A DNA stretch of 64,000 nucleotides from Candidatus Moraniibacteriota bacterium (lineage in GTDB: Bacteria; Patescibacteriota; Minisyncoccia; Moranbacterales; UBA1568). Both the position numbers and the translations under genes were made by a program. This document shows, piece by piece, positions 25,870 through 34,042 of this stretch. Each line of letters starts with the position of its first letter. Position 1 is the first letter of the stretch. The notes below the pieces were generated by a model, which saw only the letters and a list, made by a program, of their open reading frames with translations, did not search any database and was not told where the DNA came from. The stretch is taken from the NCBI GenBank assembly GCA_016699385.1, contig CP064974.1:954617-1018616 (forward strand), in the 5' to 3' direction.

Positions 25870-27432
25870 ATGAAGTATGAAGAACTCTGGAAAGCAGTCT
25901 TAGGGGAATTGGAACTGTCTGTTTCGAAGGCAAACTTTGAGACATGGCTTTTGAATACAGAGCTTGTATCTATCGAAAACAGCATTGCGCGCATTGCGGT
26001 GGGAAGTCCTTTTACCAAGGAATGGCTGGAGAATCGGTATAATCACATTATTCTTCAAGCACTTCAAAAACAAGATTCGTCTATTCGCGAGATTTCCTGC
26101 TTCATCCGTACATCAACGGATTCGACTCAGAAGATTTCTCCCGCTCCTTCTACTCATACTGTGGAAGTATCTCAATCAGTGGCGCCGGATTCGTCGGAAA
26201 ATTCGCCTTCTCTTCATGTGCATCACACAGAAAAAACATGGGAAGATAACATTGTTTCTCATGACGGTATGAAGAGAGAAATTTCCCCGGAGGCATTGCC
26301 ATCTTCAACGAGGATGTCTCTGGGAGTGTTGCCGGTTCACCCAATAGTTGGTGTTGGTCAGGACAGCCCTCTTCCAGTGTCTGCTCCGATGGTTTCGCAT
26401 CGACCAGTGACATCCAATCTTAATCCTCGCTATACGTTTGAGAATTTCATCATCGGAGAGAATAATGAGTTGGCGCGCGCGGCGTCGTTTGCCGTATCGC
26501 AGAGTCCGGGGACGCTCTACAACCCACTCTTTATCTATGGCGTTGTTGGTGTTGGAAAAACACATTTATTGCAATCGATTGGCAATGAGGCGCGCCGCAA
26601 TCATCCGGACATGGTTGTGCGATATACAACCTCTGAGCAGTTTACCAATGAGCTCATCAATCATATCAAGAATCAGACCATGGAGGACTTCAAGCGATCA
26701 TACCGGGAGATTGATATACTCCTCATTGATGATGTGCAGTTTCTCTCTGGTCGTGAGAAAACGCAGCAAGAATTTTTTCATGTTTTCAATAATCTCCATC
26801 AGCTCAATAAGCAGGTGGTGATTACGAGCGATCGAACGCCACGAGCGATTCCGACTATCGAAGATCGACTGAAGAGTCGCTTCGAAGGCGGTATGATTGC
26901 CGATGTGAGTCGCCCTGATCTCGAGACACGCATGGCGATACTGCGACTCAAATTACTCGAAAAGGGCACAACGCTCGAAGAGGATTGTATTCGTTTCATT
27001 GCGGAAAATATTACTAACAATGCCCGTGAGCTTGAGGGCGCACTCAATCGCGTGCTCGTCTCGGCGGAATTTCAGAAAGTTCGCCCAACGCCTGCCTATG
27101 TCGCCAAGGTGCTCGGACAAATTATCACCGCACACAAACAGACGGTGACGCTTGAGAGTATTACAAAGATTGTCGCGGAGTTCTACAATGTTCCCGAAGA
27201 AGAATTGTACAAAAAAGGGCGCAAGAAAGAGATTGCCCTCGCGCGCCAGACGGCGATGTATCTCGCGCGCACTGAGCTCGACGTTTCACTTTCTGGTGTC
27301 GGTAAGCACTTTGGCGGGCGCGATCATACGACAGTGCTTCATGCGGTTGATCGTATTCAAAAAGATATGGAGAAAGACGGTCATTTCAAAGAAGACATGG
27401 TCAGCTTGCGAGAACGACTGTATCGGGAATAA
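25870..27432 (+). CDS. dnaA: Chromosomal replication initiator DnaA
   Basis: N-terminal MKYEELWKAVLGEL. AAA+ Walker A NPLFIYGVVGVGKTHLLQSIGNEA and Walker B ILLIDDVQFL. C-terminal DNA-binding domain (KKEIALARQTAMYLARTEL...LHAVDRIQ). Confidence 0.95.
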   Translation: MKYEELWKAVLGELELSVSKANFETWLLNTELVSIENSIARIAVGSPFTKEWLENRYNHIILQALQKQDSSIREISCFIRTSTDSTQKISPAPSTHTVEVSQSVAPDSSENSPSLHVHHTEKTWEDNIVSHDGMKREISPEALPSSTRMSLGVLPVHPIVGVGQDSPLPVSAPMVSHRPVTSNLNPRYTFENFIIGENNELARAASFAVSQSPGTLYNPLFIYGVVGVGKTHLLQSIGNEARRNHPDMVVRYTTSEQFTNELINHIKNQTMEDFKRSYREIDILLIDDVQFLSGREKTQQEFFHVFNNLHQLNKQVVITSDRTPRAIPTIEDRLKSRFEGGMIADVSRPDLETRMAILRLKLLEKGTTLEEDCIRFIAENITNNARELEGALNRVLVSAEFQKVRPTPAYVAKVLGQIITAHKQTVTLESITKIVAEFYNVPEEELYKKGRKKEIALARQTAMYLARTELDVSLSGVGKHFGGRDHTTVLHAVDRIQKDMEKDGHFKEDMVSLRERLYRE

Positions 27433-27513
27433 GGGGAAAAGTCCGAGGCATTTGTATTCAAAAAATTCTTATATCATTCGAAATTTAGCATTTGTAATTT
27501 GTATGTAGTGCCT

Positions 27514-28653
27514 ATGAAACTCATGTGTACGCAAGAAAATCTGAAGCGAGCGATTAGTGCAGTGGAGCGGGCAGCGGGAAGGCAGAGTGCACTTCCGGTC
27601 TTGGCAAATGTGCTCATCGAGACAGAGTCGGGGCGACTCAAGCTCTCGGCGACCAATCTCGAAATTGGCATTGTGGCGCGAGTTGGCGCCAAGGTGGAGA
27701 GTGAGGGGAGTCTTACGGTGCCAGTTAAGGTACTCTCGCAGTTTGTGGGGAATCTCCCAGGGACAGAGGTGGCGACGCTCGAGGAAGTGGCGCAGTCACT
27801 TTCTATTTCCTGCGGCGGGTACAAGGTGAAAATAAAAGGACTCCCTGCCACGGATTTTCCAATTATTCCCGCCAAGAAGAATACTAAATCTATAGAGCTC
27901 CCGGCGCAGGCATTTCGGATGGCGCTCTCGAGACTCTTGCCGTGCGTTGCAACGCAAGAAACGAGATTAGAATTGACAGGTGTCAATTTCCTTTTTTCTG
28001 AAAAGGAACTTGCGCTTGCAGCGACAGATAGCTTTCGTCTGGCGGAGGAAATTCTCCCGCTCGAAAAGTTTCTCGAAGAAGACTTGCTCGCCGAAGTGAG
28101 TGCCTCAGGATCGCTCATCCTTCCGGCAGCAACTCTTATGGAAGTATCTCGCGCCATCAGCCCGACACAGAAAACCATTTCCATGACGCTTGATGAGAAT
28201 CAGGTCTTCTTTGAAATGGAAGGCATCGAGGTTATTTCGCGACTTATTCTCGGGAAATTTCCCGACTATAGACAGATTATGCCGCAAGAATTTTCTTTTT
28301 CTGCTGTGATTGAGAAAGAAGCTTTCTTGCGTTCGCTCAAGATTGCGACCGTGTTTGCGGCGGGAGAGATTGCTGTCGAACTTGCTTCCGATGATGGCAA
28401 AGTGCTTGTTGAGGCAGTGTCGAGTGGTGTCGGGGAACAACAAGCAGAAGTTCCGGCGAAGTTTCTTTCTGGAAGCGGACGGCTTCGCGTGGTATTTCCG
28501 CCCAAATCACTCCTTGATGGTGTCGGCTTTATGGAGACGCCGTCTGTTGCGTTTCGCGGGAATACTACAGGGACACCAGTCGCGCTCACAATGACTGATG
28601 AGGATGTGCCTCGCGCCAGCTTTACGTATATCATGATGCCGATACAGAAATAG
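27514..28653 (+). CDS. dnaN: DNA polymerase III beta sliding clamp
   Basis: MKLMCTQENLKRAISAVERAAGRQSALPVLANVLIETESGRLKLSATNLEIGI is the canonical DnaN N-terminus. Three-domain length, directly downstream of dnaA. Confidence 0.9.
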   Translation: MKLMCTQENLKRAISAVERAAGRQSALPVLANVLIETESGRLKLSATNLEIGIVARVGAKVESEGSLTVPVKVLSQFVGNLPGTEVATLEEVAQSLSISCGGYKVKIKGLPATDFPIIPAKKNTKSIELPAQAFRMALSRLLPCVATQETRLELTGVNFLFSEKELALAATDSFRLAEEILPLEKFLEEDLLAEVSASGSLILPAATLMEVSRAISPTQKTISMTLDENQVFFEMEGIEVISRLILGKFPDYRQIMPQEFSFSAVIEKEAFLRSLKIATVFAAGEIAVELASDDGKVLVEAVSSGVGEQQAEVPAKFLSGSGRLRVVFPPKSLLDGVGFMETPSVAFRGNTTGTPVALTMTDEDVPRASFTYIMMPIQK

Positions 28654-28657
28654 GGAT

Positions 28658-28972
28658 ATGAAATCGCTCGCGAAATTTCTTGCTTCGAAGTATCGTCAGG
28701 ACTCGGCACCTCGCAAGCGGAAGGTGCGAGTGATTGACGAGAAGACAATATTTTTTCTCGTGGCGAAAATCCTCGAAGAAGAATATGGTAAGCGAGGTGT
28801 CGCCTCGGTAGTGCCACGATATTTTGATGGAAGGAAACTTTTCCTTTCTTGCAAGAGCAGTCTTTGGGTCGAGGAAGTGATTGCGTTTCGTGCGGACTTG
28901 CTTCGGCGGCTCTCCGAGCAGGGAGTGGACAGTGTCACTGATATCAAGGCGTCGCACGAATACGGAAGGTGA
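28658..28972 (+). CDS. DUF721/DciA-like small protein, a likely helicase-loader-associated protein in the dnaN neighbourhood
   Basis: 104 aa, basic N-terminus. Sits immediately downstream of dnaN, where DciA/DUF721 genes commonly lie. Assignment rests on size, position and composition rather than on a diagnostic motif. Confidence 0.45.
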   Translation: MKSLAKFLASKYRQDSAPRKRKVRVIDEKTIFFLVAKILEEEYGKRGVASVVPRYFDGRKLFLSCKSSLWVEEVIAFRADLLRRLSEQGVDSVTDIKASHEYGR

Positions 28973-28998
28973 GCCATTTGTTATTTCAAGGATTTTTT

Positions 28999-30249
28999 AT
29001 GGGGATGGAAAACAGACAATTTGTTTTTGAGATCCGCGGAGAAAAGGAGGGAAATTCGCACGATATTTCTCTTGAATCTCCACAGAAGAAAGATGAAAGA
29101 TCCCTCAAGGATTTCATGCAGGATATTGCTGATGCTTATTTTCTGGAGATGGCTGACCCTGCGAAACATGCAGGGAGTATTCGAATCCAAGATGCTGCAC
29201 TGAACTATGTTTTAATGCAAGCGATTGATCAGGGTATTCTCCCAGCGAATACAAGGAATTTCGGGTGGGTAAGTTCCATTTTTGTTCCGGGAAGCTTCCA
29301 AGAAGAACTTGCATTGACGTCGAAGTTTTTCAGTGGAAAGCTTGGTGAAATTAAGGGATTTGCAACCGAAATGAATGCATTGATTGGGGCTCATATTTCT
29401 CCAGATGAAAGGCGTGAAAAAAAGGAGGCCTTGCGAAGGAAATATATTCTTGCATTGTATAATGACTGGAAAGGGATTTTGGGAAAACGACCGCCAGACA
29501 TGAGTGGTATTGAGGCGCCATATCAATATATTGTGAGGGAATGTAGCTTCAAACGGAACTATATTGATCAGTCGGACAACTCTCGAACTTGTGAAATTGG
29601 AACAAATACGGAGCTTGATTCGGAGCGAAAAATAGATCTTGTAAAGATAGAAAAAGGATCTGATGGGCGGTATATCGCACACTTGGTTCAGTGTAAAAAC
29701 AGCCCTCCGAGCAAATTGGAATATGAAAAAATACTGATAGCGCACAAGGAATTCGTTCAAGGAATTCTCTCCAAAGAGGTGGCGTCGTTCATAGAGGATA
29801 ATCTCAATGATGGAACATTTTCAACCAAGTGGAAAGACTTTATTGCAAGCGAGTTAGTGAATGAGGAGAATGTTTCAAATACGTACAATAGGCTTGTATC
29901 GTTTGCGCAAAAAACGATCGAAGATTTTCAGGATTCTTCGAAAGGAAATGATACAAGGAAAAAAGGCGATATGCTGAAGGGAAAAGGCAAACAAGATATT
30001 ACGAGGTTTGCGAGAACTTTTCGATCGCAAGAATGGGAAGACATTATTGACCAAGAATGCAAAGGATTTGGTGAAGATCGCAAGAGCGCTCTCAAAAACG
30101 CTTTCCGCGATTTTCTTTCGAAGAACCAAGGACAGAATGAAAATTCTCGAGGGTATCTTCATAAAGGGAACACTGACTTTTATTCCGTGATCTATTCGCG
30201 GGATAAAGAGACGAATTCTTGGGGCGTACTTGCGAGTGTTCGGATTTGA
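28999..30249 (+). CDS. Hypothetical 416-aa soluble protein with no recognised domain
   Basis: Long open frame with protein-like composition. A central stretch TELDSERKIDLVKIEKGSDGRYIAHLVQCK faintly resembles a PD-(D/E)xK core (speculative). The start is ambiguous (GTG 28969 or ATG 28999/29005). Confidence 0.55.
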   Translation: MGMENRQFVFEIRGEKEGNSHDISLESPQKKDERSLKDFMQDIADAYFLEMADPAKHAGSIRIQDAALNYVLMQAIDQGILPANTRNFGWVSSIFVPGSFQEELALTSKFFSGKLGEIKGFATEMNALIGAHISPDERREKKEALRRKYILALYNDWKGILGKRPPDMSGIEAPYQYIVRECSFKRNYIDQSDNSRTCEIGTNTELDSERKIDLVKIEKGSDGRYIAHLVQCKNSPPSKLEYEKILIAHKEFVQGILSKEVASFIEDNLNDGTFSTKWKDFIASELVNEENVSNTYNRLVSFAQKTIEDFQDSSKGNDTRKKGDMLKGKGKQDITRFARTFRSQEWEDIIDQECKGFGEDRKSALKNAFRDFLSKNQGQNENSRGYLHKGNTDFYSVIYSRDKETNSWGVLASVRI

Positions 30250-30313
30250 CAGTTGACGGCGTTTATTTTCCGTGGTATACTCGATGCAGTTTTTTCAAAG
30301 AAAGGAAATAAGT

Positions 30314-30616
30314 ATGAAGAGTGATGTTCAATCGGCGGTTCAATCGATCGGGTTTTCTCCGATTCTTCCTTCGAATGAGGAAGATGTCTCCCAACCTCTT
30401 CACGAACAGCTCCGCGAAGAGTTCCTGGAAAGTCTCGAGTATAGGGAGTTTCAAACTTGGGACTCTGAAGAGCGACGTGTGCAAGGGGGGACTCCTTTGA
30501 GAAGTGTCGTCGATATTCATTACCGAAAGGCCTTGATTGCATTCTCCAATCGGAAACGGAGAGAATTTGGTCTTCCAGAGGTGGAGGATCAGAAAAATGA
30601 TTTGGCGGCGGGCTAA
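30314..30616 (+). CDS. Hypothetical small acidic protein (100 aa)
   Basis: A good SD (AAGGAAAT) 6 nt upstream of ATG 30314. The ORF-track start at 30272 lacks one. Confidence 0.45.
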   Translation: MKSDVQSAVQSIGFSPILPSNEEDVSQPLHEQLREEFLESLEYREFQTWDSEERRVQGGTPLRSVVDIHYRKALIAFSNRKRREFGLPEVEDQKNDLAAG

Positions 30617-30730
30617 CTCCCTGATATTTTTGAGCGGATCGGTAGGGAAATCGATCCGTTTTTTATTTCTCTGGTTTGTGATAGCATACGAAAAATAGCG
30701 GAACGTCGGTTATCTCTTAATGAAACTTCC

Positions 30731-31504
30731 ATGAATCTCGAAAAAGAATTGCAAGAAATAGGACTGCAGGAAAAGGAGGCAAGAGTGTATATCGCCATGC
30801 TCGAGCTTGGGCGAGCGACGGCGCAGGACATTGCCAAGAAAGCGGATGTGAACCGAGCAACGACGTATTTTGTCATGGAGAACCTCATGAAGAAGGGGCT
30901 TGCGAGTGCGGTTGATGAGGGAACGAAGCAATACTTTCTCCCCGAGGACCCATCGCAGCTCGAAGCGATATTTGAAAAGAAGCGCATAGAGTTCGAAGCG
31001 CAGAAAGAGCGCGTCTCGGCACTTGTCTCTGAGCTCTCGGAGCGGAACGCTCTCAAAAACAAGAATCCGGTTGTGAAATATTATCTTGGAAAAGAAGGAA
31101 TTCTCCGGATGGCTCACTCGAGTTTTAAGTACGCGAAGGGAGAAAAACTGTATACCGTTTTTTCAAAGGATGAGCTTGACAAATATATTTCCAAGGAAGA
31201 GACGGCGAAAGCTCGGGCGAAACGGGTAAAGAATCACATGGAGGCGCATGCGCTCTGCAATGCGTCGGAGAATCTTGTTTCAGAGGAAGGTGACGTTATC
31301 CTTCGTGTCCCTCAAGAAGTTTGCAATTTCCCGGGAGATATCTCGGTGTATAAAGACACGATTCAGTTTATCTCGTATGAAGATATGCTGGGGATTGTCA
31401 TAGAAAATAAAGCTATTGCGATGACAATTCGCTCTCTTTTTGGTCTTGCGTTTGAACGAGCAGAGGAGAAATTTAAAACCCCCAACAATGAATTTTCTTC
31501 CTAA
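30731..31504 (+). CDS. TrmB-family transcriptional regulator (winged-helix N-terminal domain)
   Basis: LQEIGLQEKEARVYIAMLELGRATAQDIAKKADVNRATTYFVMENLMKKGL is a TrmB-type HTH. A paralog lies at 62931..63689. Confidence 0.75.
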   Translation: MNLEKELQEIGLQEKEARVYIAMLELGRATAQDIAKKADVNRATTYFVMENLMKKGLASAVDEGTKQYFLPEDPSQLEAIFEKKRIEFEAQKERVSALVSELSERNALKNKNPVVKYYLGKEGILRMAHSSFKYAKGEKLYTVFSKDELDKYISKEETAKARAKRVKNHMEAHALCNASENLVSEEGDVILRVPQEVCNFPGDISVYKDTIQFISYEDMLGIVIENKAIAMTIRSLFGLAFERAEEKFKTPNNEFSS

Positions 31505-31554
31505 AGGAACATATTCCTTGAGAAATTTTCATTGTGGGGGGGGTACTTCCGCTT

Positions 31555-31606
31555 CCGGGACCTAGCCGACGCCTGGTCCCGAATTTTGTTGGCGGATTCC
31601 TCCGCC
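31555..31606 (+). terminator. Two tandem hairpins after the TrmB gene. The first is a rho-independent terminator.
   Basis: CCGGGACC-[12 nt]-GGTCCCG followed by AATTTTGTT, then GGCGGA-TTCC-TCCGCC. Confidence 0.5.
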
Positions 31607-31968
31607 CGGTCCTCTTAGTTGCTGTTTCATGATACCTCCTTCCTCCGCGCACATGCTTTCACACCGCTTGGAGAAAAAGTTGTAAACGCCGTCACGCATG
31701 ACGGCGGACTTGTCATTTCGACAGCGTTCGACATTGCGACTGCGACGACTGACAGTGAGAAGTGTAGCAGAAATATTGGTTTCTGTCAAGTTAGTCAACC
31801 ATGGTTGATTAAAAACGAGGTATATTAGGGTATGTACTAATGGTTTCGGTGTGGCGGAATCGACGTTTTAATGCGCTAAATATCCGCAAAAAAGAGCAGG
31901 GGAATACCCTGTTTTTGTTTATTCTGAGTTAAAAAGAGGTCAGCAGAGAACATTATGTTCAACGCATA

Positions 31969-31997
31969 TTGACAAATTATGAATTCTCTGCTACAAT
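31969..31997 (+). promoter_or_regulatory. Consensus sigma-70 promoter (TTGACA-17-TACAAT)
   Basis: Exact -35 TTGACA, a 17-nt spacer, and -10 TACAAT. The TSS is predicted near 32004, 183 nt upstream of ORF 32187. Confidence 0.65.
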
Positions 31998-32003
31998 CGA
32001 GCG

Positions 32004-32186
32004 TTAGTGTGGAAAGACAATTTTTTCTTGGCGGAACGGCGGTTCCGGAGTAGTCTTCGGAATTGCCGTCTCGCTCGGAAACGGGCGAAGCGTTCTTCTC
32101 TCAATCGAGATTCTTTTGGAATCTCAAAAGAATCTCCGAGAGGATTTTGTTTTTTACAAATTTTTTTCAACCGGGAGGAGAGGAAA
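32004..32186 (+). promoter_or_regulatory. Structured 5' leader with alternative hairpins and a U-tract (attenuator/riboregulator candidate)
   Basis: CGGAAC-GGCG-GTTCCG hairpin. Three nested GAGATTC / GAATCTC / GAATCTC repeats can form mutually exclusive stems. Ends GGATTTTGTTTTTT just before the SD GGGAGGAG. Confidence 0.4.
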
Positions 32187-32561
32187 ATGTTTGAGTCTAT
32201 TTTCGATTTTGATTTTTGGTGGATGGGCGTCGGCGGCGGGTTTTTACTGGCGATTGCTGTGTCTTATATGGTGACCCACTGTATCGGTTGCCTCCTCTCG
32301 GGTCGGGGGAGTAGTGTCAATCGGGGCGCGGGACTTGTGTTTGTTTTGATTCTGGTGGTCCCTGCCTCTATTGGTCTTTCTACCCTCGCGTATTACGGTG
32401 CGCAGAGCGCAGTCGCCTTGTATGTCGAGGCGATTGATCAGGAAAGAAAAGCAGGGGAAGAAACTCCGAAAACGGAAATTCCGGAAGCGTCGAGTGAACC
32501 AAAGCCGAATAGTGGAAAATGGTCGAACAATCCAGAATTCGGCACCGGAAGTTCAAACTAA
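32187..32561 (+). CDS. Small membrane protein (124 aa; two TM helices, hydrophilic C-terminus)
   Basis: A GGGAGGAG SD 8 nt before the ATG. WWMGVGGGFLLAIAVSYMVTHCIGCLL and LVFVLILVVPASIGLSTLAYYG helices. The ORF-track ORF starts upstream, inside the leader. Confidence 0.55.
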   Translation: MFESIFDFDFWWMGVGGGFLLAIAVSYMVTHCIGCLLSGRGSSVNRGAGLVFVLILVVPASIGLSTLAYYGAQSAVALYVEAIDQERKAGEETPKTEIPEASSEPKPNSGKWSNNPEFGTGSSN

Positions 32562-32767
32562 AAACCGAAAATCAACTTTTGAGGTGCGTCGGGTAGCGGG
32601 GTATTTCCTCGCTTACGTCATGGTCGGGATGCGATGGTTTTAGGGATAGGATGGATTTTTGGGGAGACCAACGTGTCTCCTCTTTTTGTTTTTTTAAGGC
32701 ATTTAAAGAGGTGTCTTTTTGAGTGACATGTTTTGCCTCTCGTGCTGAAGCGGTGTAGACTTTGGGT

Positions 32768-33334
32768 ATGGAAAAAAAATCTCTTGGGAGTGCAAAGAAT
32801 GAGGTGAAAGAATTGGGAGTGGGAGAAAGTCCCCTAGAGGAGCTTGCGGAGCGATCGGCGCGGGCGATCGGGTCGGTGACGTCGTTGACAATTCACTCGA
32901 TATTTTTTGTCGGGATTTTTTCACTTTCTTTCTTCAGGTTCACCTTTGATCAAATTCTTCTTATTTTAACGACAGTCGTCTCGCTTGAGGCGATTTATCT
33001 TGCCATATTCATTCAGATGACGGTGAATCGGCAGGCGGAAGATATCGACGAAGTGCAGAAGGATATCGATGACATTCAAGAAGATGTGGAAGATATCTCA
33101 GAGGATATTGAAGATATTCAGGAAGATGTTGAGGAAATCGGCGAGGATGTCGAAGGCATTCAAAAAGAAGTGGAAGAAATTGGCGATGATGTTGAAGAAA
33201 TCTCGGAGGATATCGAGAAAGAAGAGACCGAAGAAGATCAAGAACGACGATCAACCGATGAGAAGCTGGAGAAAATAGAAGGCGCACTTCAAGCCTTGGT
33301 CCAAGATATAGAGAAGTTGCGTCGAGAGCGATAG
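32768..33334 (+). CDS. DUF1003-family membrane protein with a C-terminal acidic heptad-repeat (coiled-coil) tail
   Basis: Two TM helices and LILTTVVSLEAIYLAIFIQMTVNRQAED (DUF1003 motif LNLxLSxxAAxQAPxIMMSQNRQ). Then about 8 heptads, DI(D/E)(D/E)IQE / DVEEIGE (21-nt periodicity at 33040-33220). Confidence 0.6.
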   Translation: MEKKSLGSAKNEVKELGVGESPLEELAERSARAIGSVTSLTIHSIFFVGIFSLSFFRFTFDQILLILTTVVSLEAIYLAIFIQMTVNRQAEDIDEVQKDIDDIQEDVEDISEDIEDIQEDVEEIGEDVEGIQKEVEEIGDDVEEISEDIEKEETEEDQERRSTDEKLEKIEGALQALVQDIEKLRRER

Positions 33335-33406
33335 TGTGCAAGATTGGAGGGCAGGGATTGGTGTACAGGAGTTCTTTTGAAAGATTTCAGTCAGTGGAGG
33401 TGTTTC

Positions 33407-33961
33407 ATGACCATGAGCTTGAATGAAAAAGTTGCACTGCTACAGTCGCTGGAAGATATTTCAGAACCTGATCGGCAGATAGCCTGTGGAGAGCTTTTGC
33501 TTTTGTTGCTCGTTGCATTGCGACAGGCGACTTCCGAGGAGGGTATTATCGCTCTCTCCGAAGAATCGAGGAAGTTAATTGAGCAAGAGGTGATAGAACG
33601 GGTTGCAAATGTTCTGACTCAATGCTTCGGACTAGAGACGCTTTATCCTGGCATTTTGAATATGGATTACAAGGATGTCCGACGGGATTTACAAGGCTTG
33701 ATGTATCAATTCTCTTCTTCGGATGTTAGTGATGATCTCTCGCATCTTGTTCCATGGCTTTTTTCTGGCAAATCATCGCACGAGAGCATTGGGAAATCTT
33801 ACGATTGGTGTGCGGTAGATATCGAGAGAAGAATGCATGACTCTAGAGGAGATATACAAGATTGTGAGGAGCCGACAGATGAAGAATTGCTTGAGCGTAT
33901 GCATGCAGGCTCAGAAGATTTTGCGGAGATGATTCGACGAACGTTCAAAAAGATGGAGTAA
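33407..33961 (+). CDS. Hypothetical acidic protein (184 aa)
   Basis: A GGAGGTG SD immediately upstream of ATG 33407 (MTMSLNEK...). No recognised domain. Confidence 0.45.
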   Translation: MTMSLNEKVALLQSLEDISEPDRQIACGELLLLLLVALRQATSEEGIIALSEESRKLIEQEVIERVANVLTQCFGLETLYPGILNMDYKDVRRDLQGLMYQFSSSDVSDDLSHLVPWLFSGKSSHESIGKSYDWCAVDIERRMHDSRGDIQDCEEPTDEELLERMHAGSEDFAEMIRRTFKKME

Positions 33962-33998
33962 GATGCCGGACTGAGACCAAGAGACTTTGATTGAATCC

Positions 33999-34036
33999 AA
34001 AACCCCCTTCGAAATTCCGAAGGGGGTTGTTTTTTC
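33999..34036. terminator. Bidirectional rho-independent terminator between convergent genes
   Basis: AAAA-CCCCCTTCG-AAATTC-CGAAGGGGG-TTGTTTTTT, a 9-bp GC-rich stem with A-run and T-run flanks. Confidence 0.7.
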
Positions 34037-34042
34037 AGGTAA

